DNA of 24,000 nt from Fluctibacter halophilus (lineage in GTDB: Bacteria; Pseudomonadota; Gammaproteobacteria; Enterobacterales; Alteromonadaceae), in NCBI RefSeq assembly GCF_020687825.1, contig NZ_JAJEWP010000001.1:1248998-1272997 (forward strand). The letters run 5' to 3'. Made by a program: the position numbers and the translations under genes. Below the pieces are notes generated by a model. It worked only from the letters and a program-made list of their open reading frames with translations, had not been told where the DNA came from and searched no databases. Positions 18,665 to 24,000 of this stretch are shown here, one piece after another. Within the stretch, counting starts at the first letter, position 1, and each line of letters starts with the position of its first letter.

Positions 18665-19141
18665 TTATTTCAGCGACGCCAGATAGCGATCAAGTCCATT
18701 TGCAAATTGCTGTTTCTCCGCCGCGCCGAGTGGCGGAGGGCCTTTACTCTGCACCCCGCTGGCACGCAGGGTGTCGTAAAAATCACGCATATTTAGCCGT
18801 GAACGAATGGTCTGGCGGTCAAACACCTCGCCACGATGGCTGATCGCCTGAGCCCCCTTCTCCATCGCTTCAGCGACTAAGGGTATGTCACCGCTGATCA
18901 GTAAATCGGCCCTATCAATTCGTTGCGCAATCAGATGATCAGCGGCATCGAAGCCCTTTTCAACCTGGATGAAGCGGATATTCGGCCCCGCCGCAACCCG
19001 CATGGGATGATTGGCAACCAATATCAGTTGTACACCGCTACGTTGCGCCGCACGAAACAGAATGCTTTTGATTTCTTGTGGACAGGCGTCAGCATCAACC
19101 CAGACGGTAGGTATCGATTCTCCGGTGCCTGCGGCTACCAC
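18665..19141 (-). CDS. yaiI: YaiI/YqxD family protein (UPF0178, DUF188)
   Basis: 158 aa, collinear with E. coli YaiI (VWVDADACP..IK.IL.RAA.R....L.LVAN; GDIPLVAEAMEKGA.A...RGE; RDF.DTLRASG.Q..GP). The start is GTG (19141-19139), overlapping the yaiL stop within GTGGTAG. Confidence 0.85.
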   Translation of the reverse strand: MVAAGTGESIPTVWVDADACPQEIKSILFRAAQRSGVQLILVANHPMRVAAGPNIRFIQVEKGFDAADHLIAQRIDRADLLISGDIPLVAEAMEKGAQAISHRGEVFDRQTIRSRLNMRDFYDTLRASGVQSKGPPPLGAAEKQQFANGLDRYLASLK

Positions 19142-19686
19142 GTTAAATCATCCGGGATCTGATAATCGGCATACCAGTCGTCTTCTTCAGCGCTACTGGT
19201 GTCAACATCCGCCTGATCCACACGATATACCACGGCTTGCTCATCGCGCTGGGCAATCTTATCTGCGACAGGCATGGGCACCAATTCATAGCCTGTTCCA
19301 AAACGCACGATGGCCAACTTGCCCTGGCTAATACGGTTTTGGGTGGTCTGATTGACATACAGTCGCTTGATCACCGTACCGTCAGTAAAATTACAGGCCA
19401 CGTCACCGTTGTCTTTTGGCTGACGGTTCAGTTCAATCAACTGCTTGATTTGCGCCGCAATGGCTTTCTGCTCTGCCTCAGCTTTTGCTTTCGCATTCAG
19501 CGCCTTATCTTTAGCAATCTTCTGCGCTTTTGCCTGTTCAGCGGCAAGTTTGCTTTCACTGACCTCAACCACTTTGTGTTTTTGTTGTTGTTTGGTCTTT
19601 TTATGCTTTTCGCGTTTCACTTGCTGGACTTTCTTCTTATCTGCCAAGCCCGCCTTGAGCAATTGTTCCTGTAGCGACAATGCCAT
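19135..19686 (-). CDS. yaiL: DUF2058 family protein YaiL (Lys-rich, annotated nucleoprotein/polynucleotide-associated enzyme in E. coli)
   Basis: 183 aa, matching E. coli YaiL end to end (M.LSLQEQLLKAGL...KK; Lys/Gln/Ala-rich coiled region; NFTDG..IK...V......I..G.LAI; ADKIAQRD; Y.IPDDLTW C-terminus). Confidence 0.82.
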   Translation of the reverse strand: MALSLQEQLLKAGLADKKKVQQVKREKHKKTKQQQKHKVVEVSESKLAAEQAKAQKIAKDKALNAKAKAEAEQKAIAAQIKQLIELNRQPKDNGDVACNFTDGTVIKRLYVNQTTQNRISQGKLAIVRFGTGYELVPMPVADKIAQRDEQAVVYRVDQADVDTSSAEEDDWYADYQIPDDLTW

Positions 19687-19708
19687 GCTGTTCCCCGTCT
19701 GAGAGCGA

Positions 19709-19742
19709 TAAAAAAGGGCGGCCAGTTTAGCACCGGCCGCCC
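19709..19742 (-). terminator. Rho-independent terminator downstream of topA
   Basis: GGGCGGCC (19716-19723) / GGCCGCCC (19735-19742) stem. On the minus strand it is followed by T6 (complement of A-run 19710-19715). Lies 40 nt after the topA stop and only about 23 nt before the yaiL start codon. Confidence 0.75.
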
Positions 19743-19781
19743 TAATGTACTAGATAACGATAAGGGTTAATCTACATCACA

Positions 19782-22427
19782 TCAGCCTTTTTTGGCTGCA
19801 CTTTTACGCTTATCGTCAGCCACCCACTTGCCATCTTTGTACCAGGCAACCCAGCCACTGGGTTTACCTTCCGGCGTCTCAGCAACGATATACTGCTGCT
19901 TGGTCTTGCGACTAAAACGTACCAAGGTTTTATTGCCGTCAGGGTCCGTTTGTGGCGCATCGGCGAGGTAGTGAAACTTGGGCGACAAGCGAGATTTAAA
20001 ACGTGCAAGCTCTTCTACCAATGGGGCTCGCGTTTCCCTGGATTTGGGGAAATTATGCGCCGCAAGGAAAATCCCAGACGCCCCATCACGTAACACAAAA
20101 TGGGCATCGGATTTCTCGCACGGCAACTCCGGCAAATCGACCGGATCTTCCTTCGGTGGCGCCACTTCGCCGTTACGCAACAGTTTACGGGTGTTTTTGC
20201 ACCCTTCATTGGTACAGCCGAAATATTTACCGAAGCGACCGTTTTTCAGCTCCATGTCACTGCCGCACTTGTCACATTCTATGATCGGGCCGTCATAGCC
20301 CTTGATCTTGAAGGTGCCGGTTTCCACAAAGGTACCAGGACAGGTAGGCGTGTTACCACACACATGCAGTTTGCGGGTTTCATCGACCAGGTAACTGTCC
20401 ATCGCCGTACCGCAAATGTCACAACGGCGTTTGGAGCGTAATGCTTCAGTCTCCAGCTCTTCTTCGTCATCCACCTTGACCACTTCGTCACCGGGAACCA
20501 GATTTTTGGTGCCGGTGCAACGTTCTTTGGGTGGCAGATTATAACCAGAGCAACCGAGGAATACGCCGGTACTGGCAGTGCGCACATTCATCGGACGACC
20601 ACATTTGTCACAACTGATGTTGGTTTCAATCGCCTGATTGAGACGCATCCCACCTTCTTCCGGTGGTTTTTCCGCCACCAGTAGTTTCTGGTAAAAATCA
20701 TCATAGAAACTGTTGAGTACCTGCTTCCAATCGGCATTACCGTTGGCGATTTCATCCAACTGCTGTTCCATGTTGGCGGTAAAATCATAACTGATCAGGT
20801 CGTCGAAGTTCTCAAGCAGCCGGTCATTGACAATCTCGCCCATTTTTTCAGCATAGAAACGCTTGTTGTCCAGGCGCACATAGCCCCGGTCCTGAATCGT
20901 GGAGATGATACTGGCATAAGTAGAAGGACGGCCGATGCCGCGCTTTTCCAGCTCTTTTACCAACGAAGCTTCATTGAAGCGTGCCGGTGGTTTGGTGAAA
21001 TGCTGCTTCGGATCGAGGGTTTTCAGATCCAATGCCTGACCTTCTTTCACGTCCGGCAAGGTCAGATCGTCATCCCCTTTCTTTTTCATTTGCTGCTGAA
21101 CGCGCGTCCAACCATCAAACTTCAACACCCTGCCTTTGGCGACCAGTTCATAGTCACCCGCCGCAACTCTGATGGTACTGGCATCGTATTTGGCAGGTGT
21201 CATCTGGCAGGCAACAAACTGACGCCAAATAAGCTCGTAGAGGCGCTGTGCGTCGCGTTCCATGTCAGACAGGGAGTCAGCCTTAATTTTCACATTAGAG
21301 GGCCGTATGGCTTCGTGAGCTTCTTGTGCGCCCTCCTTGCTGCCATACCGAATGGCTTGTGCAGGCAAATAGTTGTCACCAAAGTTCGACTGAATATAGT
21401 CACGACAGTTATCCAGCGCTTCCTGACTCAGGTTGGTTGAGTCGGTACGCATGTAGGTGATGTGACCCGCTTCATACAGACGCTGGGCCAATGTCATGGT
21501 TTTCTTTACGCCGAATCCCAGTCGTGTGCTGGCAGCCTGTTGCAGCGTTGAGGTAATAAAGGGTGCCGAGGGTTTGCTTTGTGTCGGGCGCGACTCACGA
21601 CTAATAACGTTGTAGCTGGCCCCTTTCAGGTCCGCAACCGCAGCGTCCGCCTGGGACTTGTTAACCGGTTTAAAGGCTTGCCCCTGGTACTTATTTACCA
21701 GCATGCGCAGATCGGCCTTTTCGGCCAGTAAATCGGCATGTATATCCCAGAACTCCTCGGGCACAAACGCTTTGATTTCTCGTTCTCGCTCTACCACCAG
21801 GCGCACAGCAACAGACTGAACCCGTCCGGCAGAAAGACCCCGAGCGACTTTTTTCCATAGCAGCGGGGACACCATAAAACCGACTACACGGTCGAGGAAA
21901 CGCCGTGCCTGCTGCGCATTTACACGCTCAACATTGACCTCACCAGGGTGCGAAAAAGCATCCTGAATGGCGTTTTTGGTGATCTCGTTAAACACCACAC
22001 GCTGATAAGACTTGTCTTTTTTACCTATCAGTTCCTGCAGGTGCCAGGCGATCGCTTCCCCTTCTCTATCCAAATCCGTTGCGAGATAAATGGTGTCTGC
22101 GTCTTTGGCCAGCTTCTTTAACTCGTTAACGACCTTCTCTTTACCGGACAACACTTCATAGTGGGCAGCCCAGTCGTTTTCAGGGTCGACACCCATCCGA
22201 TCGACAAGTTTCAGGTATTCAAAATGGCGCAGGTAATCCTCACGCTCTTTTTCCGGCAATGCCTTTAGTTCTTTGGCACTTTTTTTCGCCGGTGCTTTAC
22301 CCAATGCCTTGGTTGGCAGGTCGCGAACATGCCCAACGCTACTTTTTACAATAAAATTTTTGCCGAGATATTTATTTATTGTTTTCGCCTTTGCAGGCGA
22401 CTCGACAATCACCAGTGACTTTGCCAT
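19782..22427 (-). CDS. topA: DNA topoisomerase I (type IA) with three C-terminal Cys4 zinc ribbons
   Basis: 881 aa. TOPRIM N-terminus ([22 protein letters not shown]...VGHVRDLP; [12 protein letters not shown]) and active-site Tyr region ([10 protein letters not shown]). Zn ribbons CDKCGRPM...[18 protein letters not shown]...CGNTPTC and CDKCGSDM...CTNEGC. Basic C-terminal domain. Confidence 0.97.
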   Translation of the reverse strand: MAKSLVIVESPAKAKTINKYLGKNFIVKSSVGHVRDLPTKALGKAPAKKSAKELKALPEKEREDYLRHFEYLKLVDRMGVDPENDWAAHYEVLSGKEKVVNELKKLAKDADTIYLATDLDREGEAIAWHLQELIGKKDKSYQRVVFNEITKNAIQDAFSHPGEVNVERVNAQQARRFLDRVVGFMVSPLLWKKVARGLSAGRVQSVAVRLVVEREREIKAFVPEEFWDIHADLLAEKADLRMLVNKYQGQAFKPVNKSQADAAVADLKGASYNVISRESRPTQSKPSAPFITSTLQQAASTRLGFGVKKTMTLAQRLYEAGHITYMRTDSTNLSQEALDNCRDYIQSNFGDNYLPAQAIRYGSKEGAQEAHEAIRPSNVKIKADSLSDMERDAQRLYELIWRQFVACQMTPAKYDASTIRVAAGDYELVAKGRVLKFDGWTRVQQQMKKKGDDDLTLPDVKEGQALDLKTLDPKQHFTKPPARFNEASLVKELEKRGIGRPSTYASIISTIQDRGYVRLDNKRFYAEKMGEIVNDRLLENFDDLISYDFTANMEQQLDEIANGNADWKQVLNSFYDDFYQKLLVAEKPPEEGGMRLNQAIETNISCDKCGRPMNVRTASTGVFLGCSGYNLPPKERCTGTKNLVPGDEVVKVDDEEELETEALRSKRRCDICGTAMDSYLVDETRKLHVCGNTPTCPGTFVETGTFKIKGYDGPIIECDKCGSDMELKNGRFGKYFGCTNEGCKNTRKLLRNGEVAPPKEDPVDLPELPCEKSDAHFVLRDGASGIFLAAHNFPKSRETRAPLVEELARFKSRLSPKFHYLADAPQTDPDGNKTLVRFSRKTKQQYIVAETPEGKPSGWVAWYKDGKWVADDKRKSAAKKG

Positions 22428-22451
22428 ATATGTGAGATTAACCTTTGATTT

Positions 22452-22479
22452 TTATGGGGATTTTTGTAGTTTAACCAAG
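22452..22479 (-). promoter_or_regulatory. Sigma32 (heat-shock)-like promoter for topA: CTTGGTT-N13-CCCCATAA
   Basis: The minus strand reads CTTGGTT (22479-22473), a 13-nt spacer, then CCCCATAA (22459-22452). The consensus is CTTGAAA-N13/14-CCCCATnT. It sits about 25-50 nt upstream of the topA ATG. E. coli topA P1 is known to be sigma32-dependent. Confidence 0.35.
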
Positions 22480-22492
22480 CTATTGTGCTGAT

Positions 22493-22508
22493 TGGTACCC
22501 ACGGTGCT
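22493..22508 (+). promoter_or_regulatory. Sigma54-like -24/-12 element TGGTAC-N5-GTGCT oriented toward astB
   Basis: GG (22494-22495) and GC (22506-22507) have canonical spacing against the consensus TGGCAC-N5-TTGCW. Motif match only, and it lies about 315 nt upstream of astB. Confidence 0.2.
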
Positions 22509-22514
22509 TTTTTA

Positions 22515-22570
22515 ACATATATCTACAAAGTGAATAGAAAACAAGTTCTTCTTCATACTTATATATATGT
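22515..22570. repeat. Inverted repeat of alternating TA tracts (ACATATAT ... ATATATGT), 40-bp spacer
   Basis: ACATATAT (22515-22522) and its exact reverse complement ATATATGT (22563-22570). The right arm sits in an (AT)4 run. The spacer contains GAA/TTC-rich sequence (TGAATAGAAAACAAGTTCTTCTTCA). Confidence 0.5.
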
Positions 22571-22616
22571 GGTGAATTTGACAGCAGCAAAACTGTTCAG
22601 TTTTTAACCAGCGCGA

Positions 22617-22644
22617 TTGGCAAGGGGGGTAAAAGCCGTATAAT
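22617..22644 (+). promoter_or_regulatory. Putative sigma70 promoter for astB (TTGGCA-N16-TATAAT)
   Basis: -35 TTGGCA (22617-22622), 16-nt spacer, perfect -10 TATAAT (22639-22644). This predicts a leader of about 170 nt before the astB ATG at 22824. Confidence 0.45.
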
Positions 22645-22823
22645 GGAACGCCATTCAGGGCTTACTCGCGACCAGAACGTACCCTATGCACAGGGTCCCA
22701 CCACAAAAAATGACACACAAAAGGTGGTATCCAGCGTTCGTTCGACCGGTTAGTTCAGCGACACGTTGTAAGCCATAACCCAGTGAGCGGCACTGCCCTC
22801 ACCCGCATGTTAATGAGGATACC

Positions 22824-24000
22824 ATGAAGCAGTTTGAAGTGAATTTTGATGGTTTGGTTGGCCCTACCCATAACTACGCTGGTTTGTCGTTTGGTAACGT
22901 TGCGTCTCTCAGCAATGCCAATGCCAACAGCAGCCCCAAGCAAGCCGCCAAACAGGGCTTGCAGAAAATGAAGGCGCTTCACGACATGGGCATGATTCAG
23001 GGGGTGCTGGCGCCCCAGGAACGTCCGGACATCTTCACGCTGCGCCGTCTGGGCTTCACCGGCAGTGACGCCCGGGTGCTCGAACAAGCGGCAGCACAAG
23101 CCCCGGAAGTGTTTCAGGCCTGTTGTTCTGCCAGTAGCATGTGGACCGCAAACGCGGCCACAGTGTCCCCAAGTGCCGATACCGCCAACGGTAAAGTGCA
23201 TTTTACACCGGCTAACCTGACCAATAAATTTCACCGCTCCCTCGAGCCGGAGGTCACCGGTCGCATTCTGAAAGGCACGTTTGCTGACGAGAAATATTTT
23301 GATCACCACACCCACCTGCCGGACAACGAACACTTCGGAGACGAGGGTGCCGCCAATCACACCCGTCTGTGCACGGACTATGGCCATGCCGGAGTCGAAA
23401 TGTTTGTGTATGGACGCTATGCCTTTGATGGCAGCAAACCGGCACCGAAAAAGTACCCAGCGCGACAAACCTTCGAAGCATGTCAGGCGATTGCCCGTCT
23501 GCATGGACTCAGCGAGGAAAACGTGGTTTACGTGCAACAAAATCCAGACGTGATTGATCAGGGCGTGTTCCACAATGACGTGATTTCAGTTGGCAACCAG
23601 AATGTGCTGTTCTATCACGAACAGGCATTTCTGAACACTGACGCCGCCTTTGCCGAAATCCAGCAAAAATTCGGCGATCACAAACTCCACTTTGTCCGTG
23701 TCGATAGCGCCGATGTGTCTGTTCAGGAAGCGGTTAAAACCTACCTGTTCAACACTCAGATCCTAACGTTGCCCAACGGTGAAATGGCCATCATTGCCCC
23801 CACTGAATGTGAGGAAAGTGAATCAGTTAATCGCTATTTGAGTAACCTGGTGACTCAGGATACCCCTATCAAACAGGTTCATTACTTCGATGTAAAACAA
23901 AGCATGCGTAACGGTGGCGGCCCAGCCTGTTTGCGTTTGCGTGTCGCAATGACCGAATCGGAAGTCAGCGCGGTGAATCAGAATACCCTGATCAACGACG
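22824..24000 (+). CDS. astB: N-succinylarginine dihydrolase (arginine succinyltransferase pathway), 3' end runs off the window
   Basis: Absent from the ORF track because there is no stop in the window. ATG at 22824 has SD GAGGA (22815-22819). Manual translation is collinear with E. coli AstB: [97 protein letters not shown] and [14 protein letters not shown]. Open to position 24000. Confidence 0.93.
   Translation, partial: MKQFEVNFDGLVGPTHNYAGLSFGNVASLSNANANSSPKQAAKQGLQKMKALHDMGMIQGVLAPQERPDIFTLRRLGFTGSDARVLEQAAAQAPEVFQACCSASSMWTANAATVSPSADTANGKVHFTPANLTNKFHRSLEPEVTGRILKGTFADEKYFDHHTHLPDNEHFGDEGAANHTRLCTDYGHAGVEMFVYGRYAFDGSKPAPKKYPARQTFEACQAIARLHGLSEENVVYVQQNPDVIDQGVFHNDVISVGNQNVLFYHEQAFLNTDAAFAEIQQKFGDHKLHFVRVDSADVSVQEAVKTYLFNTQILTLPNGEMAIIAPTECEESESVNRYLSNLVTQDTPIKQVHYFDVKQSMRNGGGPACLRLRVAMTESEVSAVNQNTLIND

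Noticed and set aside
19237-19702. Plus-strand ORFs (145 aa and 85 aa) rich in Phe/Leu/Cys
   Set aside because: They are antisense shadows of the Lys/Gln/Ala-rich yaiL coding region, since AAA/AAG codons read as TTT/CTT on the opposite strand. yaiL matches the E. coli protein end to end.
22528-22585. ArgR (ARG box) sites upstream of astB, suggested by two TGAAT half-sites (22531-22535 and 22573-22577)
   Set aside because: Neither TGAAT is followed by the matching ATTCA half at the 4-nt spacing of the E. coli-type ARG box. The half-sites alone are not significant in AT-rich DNA.
22755-23573. 272-aa minus-strand ORF in the track
   Set aside because: It lies entirely antisense to the strongly supported astB reading frame. 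It has no recognisable motifs and a composition typical of an antisense shadow ORF (Arg/Gly/Val/His-rich).
1-24000. Window-wide search for CRISPR repeats, IS/transposase or integrase genes, phage genes, toxin-antitoxin or known defence genes, rRNA/tRNA, and long direct or inverted repeats
   Set aside because: None seen. Every spacer over 100 bp is accounted for by divergent promoters or terminators. All long ORFs have housekeeping or conserved-hypothetical identities with uniform composition by eye, so there is no sign of a horizontally acquired island.

Overview
This window is a densely coded core-chromosome segment of a gammaproteobacterium. Gene content resembles marine Vibrio, Shewanella or Oceanospirillales-type genomes, but the taxon cannot be fixed from here. 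I call 19 protein genes separated by short spacers, in this order (<> divergent, >< convergent). ftsK(-, 3' end off the window), lrp(-) <> ald(+) >< ggt(-), crotonase-family hydratase(-) <> rhombosortase-like rhomboid protease(+) >< S9 lipoprotein peptidase(-) <> glutathione peroxidase(+) >< azoR(-) <> four-repeat DUF4397 lipoprotein(+) >< MetY/MetZ-like PLP enzyme(-), overlapped by an HX4D acyltransferase(-) <> NRDE/TANGO2-family protein(+), aspC/tyrB-type aminotransferase(+), rhlE(+) >< yaiI(-), overlapped by yaiL(-), topA(-) <> astB(+, 3' end off the window). ftsK and astB are missing from the ORF track because they cross the window edges, so I recovered both by manual translation. Most convergent gene pairs share clear GC-stem hairpin terminators. 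I saw no tRNA or rRNA, CRISPR array, transposase or integrase, phage gene, recognisable defence gene, or long repeat. I do not find a convincing novel system, and the region looks ordinary. The best candidates for follow-up are modest. They are two translationally coupled pairs (PLP enzyme with acyltransferase, and yaiL with yaiI), a rhombosortase with no GlyGly-CTERM substrate nearby, the DUF4397 and NRDE proteins of unknown function, and the 396-bp topA/astB control region. That region carries sigma32-like, sigma54-like and sigma70-like promoter motifs and a long astB leader.
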